Shown here: piece by piece, positions 1 to 16,381 of the stretch
How positions within the stretch are numbered: the stretch's first letter is position 1
Layout of the letters: every line of letters begins with the position of its first letter
NCBI GenBank assembly: GCA_973895155.1
Contig: OZ316894.1
Coordinates: 23,124,709-23,188,708, forward strand
DNA from: Marsupella aquatica
Lineage: Eukaryota > Plantae > Marchantiophyta
DNA: 64,000 bases
Direction: 5' to 3'
Notes under the pieces: model-generated
The model's database searches: none
The model's input: only the letters and a program-made list of their open reading frames with translations
Told to the model about the DNA's origin: nothing
Program-made: the position numbers and the translations under genes

Positions 1-1106
1 TGGAGGATCTTTTGTACCTTATTTACACAATTTCTGTCTGATTGATTTGAGTGTCATTAAAGCAGGTGAAAATCTGTACCTTATGTTCACTATTTTTCAA
101 GACTTGCACTTGTACTTTTCTTGGTGATTATGTAACATATACTTTTATTTGGCCTGTGATGTATTTTTCCCACTCAATCCTATCAAATAGTATGCAATAC
201 TAATTTACACATCATTACAAGACAAAAATGAAGCATGTGCCAGGATGAACATGCTACATGGATCAACCAGGAAACCGTTATCAATTGACATGATTTTGTG
301 GGTGGAATTGCCAGATGGGATAATAAGATGCAGAGAGCAATGAATGAATGTGGACAATGATGCTCCTTTCCATGCCCTTGACTCATCAGAGCCTCCCCAC
401 CCATCCCAGAGAATGCCATGCCAGGTGTGTCTTTAGCGCGACACACTCGCTGCATTTTAAACCCGGGCTCCAGGCCTTCCAGAAAGTTGCCTCTCGCATG
501 CCAGAACTTATGAATCGGCGACTCGATGTATGCATCCCCTGCCCGAACGTGCCAGTCTGAATCAGTGGCACTGATCATCCCATCTCAAGCCATTCAGACA
601 GCCATCTTACTTGTTGTTTTCAATGGAAAGTTACTTGTAAGGCGTATGGTCTAGAGTGCAGCCTCTAGACCGGGCACAAATTAACAAGGACAGACAACTT
701 GCCCCCACACCACTTGTCTTGTCAAAAAGTCACCAATAGCGCTCCTAGTGGGGATGCTCTAAGAGGAGTGGGTGGGTGATGGTATGTGTCCTGTACTTCT
801 TTGGGAGAGAATGATGTGGAGCAAACATAATCGAGCAGTATTTTGAAGCGCAACCAAATGGCAGGTCTTGTTTGGTGGAAGTTAGGGTACAGCTGCCATT
901 TGGCAAGGGTCACACTTGGCATGCAAGCACATAATTATGTCAAGGGGATAATACTTGTTTTCTCATTTTCTCGTATGTAACGCTCAAAGCAATGCTACTG
1001 ACCAGTCCATGGACCTTGCAACCTGGAGTGTCAGGTCAGGATAGTACTCGGCAGGGTAGAGAGATGAACCCCCAGAATCTCTTTGGTTGGTTTTGATTCA
1101 GTTAAG

Positions 1107-1268
1107 AGTAGAGGTCCCTAATCCCTTCCCATACTTTTTTTCTTTATAATTTTGTGGACTGTTATCAACTTGGTTTTGGTCATTAGGGGTACAGTAGAGG
1201 TCCCTAAACCCCTCGTGCATTTTTTTTTCTTTATAATTTTGTTCAAAGCTTGGTTTGGTAATTAGGGC
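1107..1268. repeat. Imperfect tandem duplication (~86 bp x2)
   Basis: agtagaggtccctaa...tctttataattttgt...ttagg occurs at ~1107 and ~1193. Confidence 0.75.
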
Positions 1269-1585
1269 CTACGGTCCTTACATATGTAGTTGTAGGCCAC
1301 AATATTTGGGATTGCTGGCAACTGTGCAGTTTATCCGATAGTCAAAGGTAAGATATAGTTGTGCACTGAATGTAGTCCCCTGGCGAGGATTCTCTTTGGC
1401 CCATTCAAAGTCAAACAATCATTCGGAAAGCTTATTTGTTTATTAACCAAAGCGCCTCAGTTATTGCCAGTCAACAATCAATCAAGACCAATCGCGAGCC
1501 CAGTGTTCAAATCAACAAGATTCAATGGGGAAAGTAGTGCTGCTCTTTCAAACTACTCTTGTGAAATGGAGATACTGTTTATCTT

Positions 1586-1622
1586 ATACATACATACATA
1601 CATACATACATACATACATACA
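1586..1622. repeat. (TACA)n microsatellite near the 3' end of the RSRC2-like gene
   Basis: About 9 consecutive TACA units. Confidence 0.95.
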
Positions 1623-1984
1623 ATTGTGCAACGTGACTCTGGTCAAATTTCTTTGGGTAAAAGACGAGTTTAGATCCAGAAGCCAGCCAATGTTATTGAA
1701 AATTGAGTAAATAGAAGTCTGATAAGAAGCCTCAGATAACACAGGGTTCACATCAGGGACCTGATAAACAACACATTCATCTGAGTTCCACTCAAGTCTT
1801 AACCTCGAATAGGGCAGACCATCGTTATACCTGCTGTACAAGCATAGCGTTGTAGTAAACTTTAGCAGAGTGACCCCAATATCGAGCTTGGAAACGCCCT
1901 GACCGCTACTGGGAAACAGCTTAGACGTAATCGAGCACAAGGAGTGGTCCAGCCTCCACAATGCAAAAACAACTGCTCGATGGA

Positions 1985-4900
1985 CTACAATCCAAGCCCT
2001 ACTTTTCCGCCATCTCGCCTCCTTAGACCAGCAGTGAACTGCTTCTCCAAATCCTGCTGCAACTCTCGCTGCCTCTCCTCTGTGAAGGCACCCACATCTG
2101 GATCCCCTTCTTTCTTGGATTCTGTACAAGTATCTGCCTTCACGCCCTGAAATTGGCGAGTGGCAGGGAAGGACACTCAGACTCTGTCGAGGTGTTAGCA
2201 ATGGATACTGGGGTCGAAATGAGAAAACACAGCAGTCGCATTACAACACAGATCTGCAGGAGAACATATTCATGGCAAAAAGCTAACATCACGAGAAAAC
2301 TCTAAAGCGTTCCAACAAATTCCAGAAAATCAGAAAAACACTCTGTAGCGTTATTGAGGTTCTTACCATGAGCTTCTGAAACTTCTCTCGTCGATCAGGA
2401 TCAGAGAAATGCACTGTATCCCACCGATTAACACCAGCAGGTGCAGCAGGAGCAGCAGGCTCCTGGTTCGACAACGGCTGATAAGATCCAGACTGGCATT
2501 ATATAGTGTGGTGCAGTGCAATCTTACCTATCAAGATCTTTTGCAAGGTAATTTCAACTTGAATGAGTCAAACCACCACGGTCATTCATATCACCATTCC
2601 CAACTCTTTCACTGGACGCAGCTTATTGTGTTTTCAGAGATGTTGCTAAGCGAACTCTCTTCTCTTGTAAAACCTATGACATGTAACTTAAGTATTGAAC
2701 ATTTCGTTTTGTTTCACTAAGCGGTTTTAATGCCATACCTGCTCAGCTGAAAGCTTCTTGCTGCCCCAAAGCAGCCTTTTCTTTTGATCAGCTGACATGA
2801 ACCCGGCTACTCCAAGATTCTTATTCACTGCAGAAATTTTCAGAAAATAGTCAATTCACAGGTCACGACTGGATTAGAGCACCGTGATCTCTCTCTTTTA
2901 CAAAAGTTTACAAGCAATTTACAGGTTTCAATGTGTTCTACAAAAACCTACCTAAACACTGGAAATTGTTGTCAGGTTTTAAAAGTGAATCGAATTGCAC
3001 AACGGACTTGTATTGATGCGGACTTAAGCGAGGGCGTCTGTGTATCTGCCAGGAACAAGACTCGAGATGCGAATCTGCTAGAATTTTCTCTACCAAAGGC
3101 TCACATTCAAAAGTTGTTCTCACATAGTGCCGGGCTCTTACCAAGTTCTGCAGCTTTCATTGCAGCAAGTTTTGCAGCTGTCAAGTCACTAGCTAACTCG
3201 TCACTTGCCGATGTTTTCGCAGCAGAATCAGAAGGTCCAGGACCCCACTTTGAACCCTTTGCAGCTCTTCCATCTGATGCAGGAGTGACTTTGCTCTCTT
3301 TCTCCGAGTCACTTGTAGGCAATCTTCCTTGGTGGGTGCTGTCTTGATTGTGTTTTCCGTACTTCCTGTCTTTGCTTCCCTCACGATCTCTGGTATCGGA
3401 GTTATAGCTCCCATCCTCTTCCTTCACTTTGATGGTTTGCTGCTTTCCTTTCTCTTCCTTCACCGCTATCTTCTCCCTGTCCGATGCATAATCAATTGCA
3501 CGTCTGTCATTCCCTGATCCTCTACCCAAGCTGCTGCTCTTCCCTCTATCCCTATCTCGGTGGGACACGTACTCAGAATTACCACTACCTTTGTAGCCAC
3601 TTCTTTCCTTCTCAAAACGATTCCCAGACCTTTCGTCCTTTTCATGAAGCCGATCTCGAGTTCTGTAGTCTTCTGTGTGAACACTGCGCTCCCCGTATTC
3701 ATTTTTGACCTTGACACGATTCTCAGTGCTTTGCTCCTTACTCCTGAGATCCCTGATTTTGCCGATATCAATTCCATCTACCAGTTTGCGTTCATCTTGG
3801 TGATCTCTGTGACGATCTGGAGCTTTGGAATAGTCACCGTCTCTGGGCCGTTCACCACCTCTGCCTCTACCACTCATGTCTCTACTCCTGTCCAAGTCTT
3901 TTTCCCTGTCTATCTTCACATGTAGCACCTCTCTACCATCTCGGTCTCTGTACTTACCATCATCTCTAGACCTCTCCCTTGCATCTTTCTCTGTCTCTAT
4001 ATCCATGTCACCATTCAGCTCACTGGTGATCCTGTTCTCTTTGAGCTTCTCTCTCTCATCGTCCTTACCTTCCTCGCCACTCCATTCCATGTCTTCTCTA
4101 TCCACGTGCTTTGAATTGGTAACCTCTCTCTCACAAGACTTGCTTTGTCGCTTCTCCACATCTCTCTCTTTCCCCTTATCCCTGTTCTTATCCGTCTCCC
4201 CCTGTTCCTTGCTCATCCTGTCACTGTCGATCTCCCCAGCCTCAAACTCCCGATCGATACTAATCTCTCTACCTGTTGACTTGCTTTTGACTCTATCTCG
4301 ATCTCTTTGGCCATCCCTGCTCTGACTCCGATAATTTCTTCGCTCGGCATCATCATCCTTCTCGTAGACAGAGTCTCTTCCTGCAGACTTTCGTACTCTA
4401 CTTCGGTCTTTTTCCCTATCTCTAGATCTATCACCGTCTTTGCCCCTCTCTCGACGTCGGTTCCTGTCTCTCTCCCTGTCTCTTACCCTCTCCCTCTCTT
4501 TGCTTCTATCCTTGTCTCGGTCCCGGTCTCTCTCCTTGCTATCCTTCTCAGTCTTTACCTCCAAGACTGATTCCCTCTGCAGAGTGGTTCCAACTTCACT
4601 TCTACGCCTTGTATATCCTTCGGTATCTCTCTCTCGATCCCGGCTCCTGCGCCTCTCCGTGTCTCTACTCCTGCCACTAGCTCTATACCCTCTGTTAGGG
4701 CTTCGTCTGTCGCGCACTGGATAGTCATAATCTCCATTGCGACGGGTATCAACATAAGAATCACGACTGGTGTAACCACCACGGGAACTGTAGTTTCGCT
4801 CATGTACATAAGAGCCTGATCTCCTCGAATCGTAAGAATCAGGTTTCCCATACCGATCACCGCTCGGTCCTCGTACTTGACGTTCGGAAAAACTGGGTCC

Positions 4901-6693
4901 CGGATCCCCATATCTACCCTGGCTATCTTCGTCACTACCATCGTTTCGCCTCCCTTTTTTCGAGTGTAGAGAGGAATGTGTTGGCTCACACCGCTTGGGA
5001 GATGATGCCGATGCGCTTCGGTCTCGTTTCCATCCACCTACAACACAAATTTCGGTTGTCGAGAAGCAATCAGGAACGAATACACTTAAGTATTCAAAGG
5101 TCATGTGGTGTGTTATGAACGTCTAGAACTTCAAAGGGCTTCAGAAGCCGGCAGAGGGAATTAAAGTCATAGCTCCCAAGAATTTTACAGAAAACCGTAT
5201 TCGTATACAGGAAGAATATTTTAAGAATCTGTAGCACATAGCTACTCCGCCTCCAACTCAAGTTTACATTTTCCGGCTGCAGCAAGGAAGCTCCATCCTA
5301 GGACCTCTCATTTGTAAGTCCGTTGTTCTATCAAAGGAAGACCCTAGGATTCAACCTCCCTGTGCAGAAAACACGAAATGGGGATGTTGGACCCGGATGC
5401 CTATGACAAATTGGGATTGCAGAGGTCCATGCTATCACTAAAATTGCTTCATTTCGAAACAGTACAGTTCAAAAACTGTTGCAGAAAACAACAACTTCGT
5501 AGGGTTATCTTCAACATCATAATAACCCATTCCGCACTCAAAGTCAAAAGTTGATAGCAGGGTGCTTTCATTTCACAGAAAGGCGTATAACATGTATGGT
5601 ACTCGTTACCACTATTTTGAGAAAAAAACCAGCCACACTTAATCAAGCTCGTTCGTAACCCTTGTAGTCGTTCGTAGGTAGCTGCTACCCTCGTTCAATT
5701 GTGACTTGTTTCTCTTATTTCGTTGTGGGCACAACATCATCCCGACACCGACAACTTTATGTGAACGGGGTTTAAGATAGGAGCAGAGGCCTTTCACTGA
5801 CAAGTCTCGCGACAAGGCCGAACGATCAGCGGAACCTTTTCGGTCAAACCCACATACCACGATCAAGGCAAAGGCGGGATGACAGACTAGACGAAGTAAG
5901 TTGAAATTTGTCGGTGAACCAAACGAGGATTGCATTTTGATACGAAAAGAGTCATTCCCTACCAAACTCCAAGTAGAACCGTAAACCAGGCATCAGTTAC
6001 GGGTAACAATTTTCTCTCCATGTTTACGAAGCCTTCCTGGCAAAGTAGTACTCAAATCTCTGAAGATATTTTCGTTGGGTCCAGCTATTGTCATAAACGA
6101 CATTCTAGACATCAGATGCCACGTAAAATTCCAACTCCATGTGTTTTACATTGTTCAGTTAAAATTCATTTCAAGGCAAAAGCAAAATAACACTCTCCAC
6201 TCCAAGGCCTTCTCGTCATGTCAAAGTAGCCCATTCTGTAAACCTAAAAAACAAATGGACGCGTTCAAAGCTAGTTTGTCCTCAGCGACCCCATGAGGAG
6301 GGACAGAGACTGAGAGACGCTTAAGAGTCGAACAATGAGACTACTAGGTTACAGTCGAAGCCCCCCAGGCCTGATGACCTCATGTGAGCGACTCACAGAC
6401 TACAACATTTTTGTGAGAAGAGAATCTGGGACTATATCACTACTCTTCGATTCCACACACAAGACGCACACCTTACAAAGTAAACAGTTCCTACAGTACT
6501 CCGTGAAGGAAGAATGAGCAGAAGCAACAGGAAAAGTACCGGACGAAGGCTGATGGGGAGGCGAAGTCGAGCGAGACCGAGACCGAGACTGAGACGCAGA
6601 CGACGGAGACCGGCGCCTGTAATTCCGCTGCGAAGTCGCATGGGATGGCTTCCGAAATGAAGACCTAGACGACACTGCCACACCGGCTTCCAT
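1985..6693 (-). CDS. Arg/Ser/Asp-rich nuclear protein with C-terminal SMAP (small acidic protein) domain, RSRC2-like; 5 coding exons
   Basis: Exons 6693-6540, 5037-3142, 2827-2739, 2462-2367 and 2146-1985, all GT-AG and in phase. Starts MEAGVAVSSRSSFRKPS, followed by a long RS/RD/RE low-complexity exon. The C-terminus (AAKLAAMKAAELVNKNL...DQKKRLLWGSKK...NRWDTVHFSDPDRREKFQKLMGVK...QQDLEKQFTAGLRRRDGGKVGLGL*) matches the RSRC2/SMAP family pattern. Confidence 0.88.
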
Positions 6694-7989
6694 CCCTCTC
6701 TCCCCGCCCTCTCTCGTCGTTAAGCTCACCTGCACCGTCAAGCTCCTCCTCCTTCACTCCCCTTCCCTCACCCGATCACACAGAAGCGGAAATTTTGTAA
6801 CAAACTTCCGTCCTGCTCCTCCTTCTCCGTCTTCGTCTTCGTCTTTCTCTTCGTCTTCTTGCCTCTCGGCCTTCAGTTCACTCACTCGCCAACAAGTCGA
6901 CCCTGTCGCTCCGCCACCGAGCGGGATGCATGGGCGCGACCTTCGATCGAGGCGCTTTCTTCACTCTATTCGAGAGCGTGGCAGGTCATCCACAAGCGAT
7001 CATTGCGGGGACTGCAATCTTGACGAAAATCGGAAGATGCTCGACGATTTCTTCGCGGGAGTGCGGGCCAAGGGGAAAAAAGTTATGTCGACGCGAAAGA
7101 GTTGATTGAGGGGAAAGAGCCCTAGCAGCAGTCGACCCGTCGCTCCCCTCAACACACCCCACCCCCAACCCCCACCCCCAAACCACGCACCCACCCCCTG
7201 CTGCACTTCCAGCCGGTCTTCAACGGTCATACATGCAACCGGGAAACCGGCTCTGGTTGGGTATCCATTGTGGCTGGACTTTAGGTGATGGGGGCCCCCA
7301 AAATGATTGTGGAATAAGTATTGTAGAAAATGTTCATATGAAGTATTGGAAACCATCTAACACTACAATAGGCAATTTCGTCCGTCCTCCGGTTACAAAT
7401 TTTAATTTTGGCGAGAATCAAAACTGACTGTTAGATACAGGCATTGGATTTTTAGTTTCCATCCGATGCACTTGCCACGGCTCCCACGCCCGACAATACC
7501 ATCTTGAATCGCCTTGCGTCGGCCCCTCCTTTCCGTCTCCGTCCAGGGCGTGTCCTGTCTCCGACAATACAATCTTCAATGCTGGCCTTGCGTCGTAACC
7601 TCCACTCCGTGCATTCATTATGCCTCCCCCCTCGACCTTATCCATTCACCGATGCCTCTGTCCCAACACCGATGACTCCCGATGTATTGACATTATGGCA
7701 GGAAGCAACCAAGCAGGTCCAGCTTTGCCCCTCCACTCCACGTCTTCACTTGACTCCGGCCCTCACTTGACTCCAGCCCTGCTGCAGTGACGCACGCATT
7801 TGTTCTTGATTTGCCCCATAAATGTCCCGACCCTCCTTGCACAGAGCAAAGCACTCACATAGGGCTCGTAATGTATATTAGGGCGTATCAAAGCCCTCTT
7901 GTAGCTACTCCTATAAAAGTTATGGTAGCCAATCTTTCTCTATCATAAAGGAAGTCCACAGGCTCAACACTTAACCCATAACTTTCCCA

Positions 7990-8520
7990 CATTTGTAAAT
8001 GCAATCCAGAAATCCAGAACTCCGGAACTCCGGAAAGCCATGACTGAGGCACCTGACGGGGTGATGGTTGTTGCATTTGAGATGGTGGTTGATCGAGAAT
8101 GAAGGGAAAATGACACATGCTATGAGACAGGTGAGACCATAACTTTTGCCTTGTGGGGTGGGTCCATGCTACCACCCCCCATGGATTGATTACATGAAAA
8201 GTGCAACCCCCCCATGGATTGATTACATGAAAAGTGCAACCCCCCCATGGATGATGACACCCTTACTTGCTGTAACTTGTCCCATTCCAAATGATTTTGA
8301 CCAGCACAGCTTTCCCATCAATTCTCTTGTTGTGCAACCATATTTGCTCCTCTTTTTGGCTTGAAAGGAAGTGTGGAAAAAAGACACTCCCAGAAAGACT
8401 GCTCATGAACCCTACGACCCCCATGGATGGTGACACCCCTTACATGCTCACTGGTTTACACTCTTCCTACTTTCAAAAGATTTTCCTTTGAATTCTCCCT
8501 TGCTATGCAACCAAATCTGC
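7990..8520 (+). mobile_element. Dispersed repeat (non-autonomous TE-like) with internal 33-bp tandem repeat; homologous to 42083-42285 on the opposite strand
   Basis: ggaactccggaaagccatgactgaggcac...catttgagatggtggttgatc...tatgagacaggtga...ataacttttgccttgtgggg...catgctacc (7990-8180) aligns with the reverse complement of 42083-42285. CCCCCCATGGATTGATTACATGAAAAGTGCAA is repeated at 8175-8240. Confidence 0.6.
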
Positions 8521-9145
8521 TCTTGTAGGAGAAACTTGGGAAGATCTTTCCAAGGAAGTTATAATCCTCAACTTTCATCTAGAAAGGATCTCCGAATTTG
8601 CAAAGTTGTCTTGTTTTCTTATCACATTTTGCTCTCCAATGTAATATGTATCATCTGAGCCAAAGAAGAGTGCTACCATCCTTGGGGTCCATGTGGATAG
8701 TGTGAGTCTATCTAGCATTTTTGTAAACCTGAAGGTTCATTTTGGCTTCTTTTTCAAGTGTAGGAGACCAGACAACTTTAATGAAATCACCTCAACACCC
8801 CAAAAAACACCATCCAGGAACCCTGGAATGGGAGTGGTGGGGCAATGCCCCCTAATCCCAGGGAACCCTACAAGGATTCACATTCTCCTCCCAGATTTCT
8901 GATCCTCACCCATTGCGTCCTCAATGGTTACCGTGGCTCGTCGGTTGTGTCTTCTCCAATTATGTAATCTCCGATCCTGCTCCTTGGAGTGCATTGGTGA
9001 ATCAATCAGGTGAGGATTGTGCATTCGTTTCTCGAGGTTTGGCTTTCTGCTTCTGCCGTTCCCACTTTCCTGGATTTTGCCGCAGACTACTTTGTAATAA
9101 CAATTCTCCTCTGTCTCTCTGCGTTTCGTTCAAGGGTTCCTTCAA

Positions 9146-9162
9146 GGGTTTAGGGTTTAGGG
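9146..9162. promoter_or_regulatory. Telo-box-like (TTTAGGG)x2 in the probable 5' region of DapL
   Basis: gggtttagggtttaggg; interstitial telomere motifs are common near plant transcription starts. Confidence 0.45.
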
Positions 9163-9758
9163 TCCGGAACTTGTCATTCTTGTGCTGTCATTGCGATTGC
9201 ACCTCCATAGCCTCCAGCCCATTTCTTACTTACCGCATTTCTCTTTTCTGTTCCTCTGCTGTTAATTTCTTGAATATTTGATAGTATATTTCTACTGGGT
9301 AGTGCAATAATCTAATCGATAGCATGGGCCGGTTACTTCACGGTTTAGATCCTGAGAATCTAAACCGATTTTTTTCGTAAGACATGCGCTAAATGCTACC
9401 TCCTTCACTTCTCTTCCCTCTCAGACGCATCGGTTTGCCTTCTCTATGTCGGTCTGGCATTATTCCTCATTTCTGCTCATAAATTTCTCTTGGGAAATCA
9501 TCAGCTTATATTTTTTCTTTCCACTCCATTCGCTTTCGCGAATGAAGAGTTACTCCCAATCTAAAGCGCACTTTGTCCATTCATATTCAAATCCAATCGG
9601 ATTGATACTGACTATTTTCTCTCATTGCTAGCTCGCCTGCTTGCGCTTGAAAGTCAGGTGGCTGATTGTGGATCACTCTCGGTGTAGTTTTATAGGCTCG
9701 GCTTGCCAGACCATTCGCTCCACCAGCTTGTGGCCAACAGTAAGGCAGTTTGGCGGAA

Positions 9759-12933
<3,175 letters not shown>

Positions 12934-12972
12934 TCTAAGTTGACAAATTGCACAGCTGGTGCAAGTGGACGA

Positions 12973-14390
12973 CTTTCGAGTAGAGTCGAAGGGAGATTCA
13001 GATCACCAATCCGTGATCATAAGCAGATTTTTGGTGCGGAGCAGGAGAAGGCTATTTTAGGAAGTTTCTTTAGTGTTCTGTAAAATTCTTTTCCTACGGT
13101 ATTTAGAAATCAAATTCAATTCATAGAGAGATTGCTATCGTGGTGTAATGTAACACAAGGCTTTATTAGCTGTAATTCTTCATTTATTAATGGTGGATTC
13201 TCCCCTCGTTTGAAATTGTACATGGTCAAAGTCCAAGTAAACCAAGATAATTGGCCAGCTCATGTTGCGGAGCCCCTATTCAACGGATAAGAGCAGTTGC
13301 TCTGCTGAATGGACAGGCCAGGGGCGAGAGTAGCATTTCTGGCAGTGTTCTGCCAAAAACCCTACCACACAGTCTCGCACCATTTTGAAGCATTTTCGTC
13401 CCAGCCCACCAGATTTTCGTCCCAGGACGCGTGCAGCCAGCATCCTGAACACTGCCTTGCCGTCCTATTCAAATGGTTGTGATGTGCCAATCTATATGCT
13501 GACTGCCATTTCATCATCGTTGTACTGTTCTTTGTTGCTTTGATGATCTTCATGGGTGAGAATAGTGCTTTGGGTGGGATGGTGTGAGTGCTGCCCACTG
13601 ATAAATATTCCACTGGCCGATGCCCTCGCTACTCACCCTGATACCAAGTCGCCATGGGTGGGAATGCTCCAAGGATCCCAAAATTTGAACGGTCTCCTAA
13701 CTTTTAACAGGACATTTTGCTGTGACATTGCACAGCCACGTTAACCTAGTCAACAGGGTCTAACATGAGGATAGTCAGGGAAGGATTGTCCAAGGTCCCA
13801 TTAGAGAAATTGGGAGCCTAGTACAAGTGATCATATCCGGTGCGAATGAGGGAGGGGGAGGGAGGTTTGAAAAATATCATAAACCAGGTCGACTGAACAG
13901 TATACCTTAATTCCTGTTTTGACATACAATTCTTCCGATAATACACATAAGGGCCATTTTTGGGCCCCATCACAACCGAACAAAGTTCAGCCAAAAACAA
14001 ACAGTGTCATGTGGATTCAGTATGAGTCACAGGCCCAATACATGAGGTGGGGACTGGAGAGTGGTGATGTGTGTTTGAGAGGGGAGGGTGGCGAGTGGCG
14101 GGAGGGGCCTGGTGGGACTGTCAGGAATGTTAGCAAGAGAGGATGGGGATCAGGGCTGGATTTGGCTACCCGATGCCAAATTTTCTTTACTCTTCCTTTG
14201 TACAAGTAGCATAGGCTGGGTCGGAATTTGGCAAAATTCTCTAATAAAAAACACTGGTCCAGCCTTTGTGTTTGGACATAGCGAAGGAGGAGATTCTCCA
14301 TGTCTGCCACAACTGGGGTGATGATTTTGAGAAAGATCTGGGTCAAGAAGTGGGATTGTGAAGTGGCCAGAGAGAACCAGGCATAATTTG
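12973..14390 (+). repeat. Block A (DapL 3'UTR and downstream DNA), duplicated in fragments at 17429-23350
   Basis: Colinear matches: 12973-13278 with 17429-17741; 13475-13670 with 17766-17943; 13660-13870 with 18272-18495; 13970-14290 with 22485-22825; 14290-14390 with 23244-23350. Confidence 0.85.
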
Positions 14391-15088
14391 TCTTTCTAGT
14401 AGTCGTTGCGATACTAGGATCCCAAGTTAAGCGAGCGCAGTGCAGTGTCGTGAGGGACGCCGAGACTGAAGCAGCGACCTCGCTCGAAGCCGATGCTAGC
14501 CATGATTCGCAGCACAATGGTGAGAAATCAATGTGTCGTTTGCTTTTCGAGCAGTTTTTGCGTGAATGCTGGCACGTGAGCGCTTTTGTTGGGGCATGCA
14601 GTATTGCCCCCCTTAGCAGAAACACGTCCAATGTTTCTTCCTCCCACGGTTTGATTCAGCGTTGAGCTAAACTGTAATGCCTGCATATGAAGATGCTGTA
14701 GCTGTGCGACAGATACTTAGATTGATCCGACTTCGGATTCAAATCTTGAATCACCGCTAAAGGAGAGGGTGGGAGGGAGGGAGAGCTATAAACACGAATC
14801 CAACCTTCTAAAACCTGGATCGATCTGAAAATCTAGCAATTATAGTACTGCGAATTTTGACGAAGGATCAAATTCTTTCTTCCTTACTTTCTTCTGGAAG
14901 CATTGCAGTCCTGTGGCCTCGCACGACATTGCGAATGGAGCTCCCAAGGGCGCCGGGACTAGGGGGATGCATTTCTCCCTCTTCTCATGCGGGTGAGGTG
15001 ATTGACCACAATCTTGCGGACTGAGCGACTACTGCTGACCCACACGGATCCAGGACGGTAAAACAACTCTCCAGGACGGCCCAACAAT

Positions 15089-16381
15089 ATGCGGCCCGCA
15101 ATCCTGCAAACTAGCTCCTGGCTCTACTTACCATTGACAATTGGGCACGCAGCTGGGCATCGCAAGCATTGCATTTCATGTAAATGCCCATCTTCCGGAT
15201 CGATTCTCTGTCAATCATTCGTAAAGGGGCCCCAGTTTTCGTCAACTAGCGTAACCCTCTCAAGACGGTGGACTGTCTCGTCTTGTGGAAGAAATGAGAG
15301 GCTGCCCAGCTTAGGGTTTAGCTGTCTTGAATGGATTCTTCCTCCTCTTGTCAGGACTAGGGTAAGTGCAGTCGCTGTGGAAGGCAATGTGCAGAAAGAA
15401 TTGCAGCAGCAGGGGATCAATTCCTCAGATGAGCGGCAAGATGATTTTGCTGCAGTACTTGAAATCCTCAGAGTGGAGGACAAATTCAGATATCACAAGG
15501 TGCCCAAACTCAAAGCTCTGAAGCTCAAGTTGGATCCTGCTATGGTTCTCCGCATCTTGAAGCACAGGGAGGTTCAACCCTCGAACAAATGGAAGTTCTT
15601 CGTCTGGGCGAAGAAACAGATGGGTTTCAAACACACGACAGAGACTTACAATGTCATCATTGTCATACTGTTGGAGATCAGAAAATTCACTTCTATATAC
15701 TACTTGATGGAAGATATGTATAAGGATGGTGTAAGCCTCACCCCGGAGACTTGTGTGAAGATGGCCAAGACCTTTGCCAGTGCGGGGATGGTGGAGAGGG
15801 CCATCCGTGCTCTGAATCACATCAACAGGCTGGGCAACCCTGTCGATACTCGCCATTTAAACTCTGTGGTCTTGGAGCTTCTCAAGAGCCATCACCACTA
15901 CAAAGCGTACATTGCTTACAGGGAGATGGCCAAAATTGGTTGTCAGCCTGATGGCCTCACATTCAAGCTTCTCCTCAGGGAGCTTGGCAGGGTGGAGAAA
16001 GTGGAGCTGGCTTGCACTATCTTTGATGATATGCAAAGAAGAGGTTGTGAGCCTGATGTTGAGACAGCCAGCATTGCTACATGCATTCTCTGCCAATGTG
16101 GGAGAATTGATGACGCAATTGGACTTTTTGAGAAGGTGAAGCAGCAGGGGTTAAAACTCAATGCCAAGGTTTACAATTACCTCTTGAATAGTCTTGGTGA
16201 GACCGGTAATGTAGAGAAGGCTCTTGAGATCCTGGAAGAAATGCGCAGCCAAGGATACACTTCCGAGAGGGATTCCATCACCGCCCTTGTTGATATCCTG
16301 AGGGACACCGGGAGGGAGGAGGATGCCCAAAAGTGTCTTTCGTGGGTACAAGGTAGCAGAGATGTTGGCAATTGGCGTTGA
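15089..16381 (+). CDS. P-class pentatricopeptide repeat (PPR) protein, intronless, about 7 PPR motifs, probable organellar targeting
   Basis: 430-aa ORF with consecutive 35-aa repeats (TTETYNVII...GVSL, TPETCVKM...GNPV, DTRHLNSVV...GCQP, DGLTFKLLL...GCEP, DVETASIA...GLKL, NAKVYNYLL...GYTS, ERDSITALV...). The repeats are preceded by the typical WKFFVWAKKQMGFKH motif and a Ser/Arg-rich N-terminus. Confidence 0.92.
   Translation: MRPAILQTSSWLYLPLTIGHAAGHRKHCISCKCPSSGSILCQSFVKGPQFSSTSVTLSRRWTVSSCGRNERLPSLGFSCLEWILPPLVRTRVSAVAVEGNVQKELQQQGINSSDERQDDFAAVLEILRVEDKFRYHKVPKLKALKLKLDPAMVLRILKHREVQPSNKWKFFVWAKKQMGFKHTTETYNVIIVILLEIRKFTSIYYLMEDMYKDGVSLTPETCVKMAKTFASAGMVERAIRALNHINRLGNPVDTRHLNSVVLELLKSHHHYKAYIAYREMAKIGCQPDGLTFKLLLRELGRVEKVELACTIFDDMQRRGCEPDVETASIATCILCQCGRIDDAIGLFEKVKQQGLKLNAKVYNYLLNSLGETGNVEKALEILEEMRSQGYTSERDSITALVDILRDTGREEDAQKCLSWVQGSRDVGNWR

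Noticed and set aside
183-600. Possible transposase fragment (FWKAW...KCSECVALK)
   Set aside because: Too short and frame-broken to assign without a search.
3329-4724. Plus-strand Ser/Leu-rich ORFs overlapping the RS-rich gene
   Set aside because: Antisense shadows of the low-complexity RD/RE coding exon.
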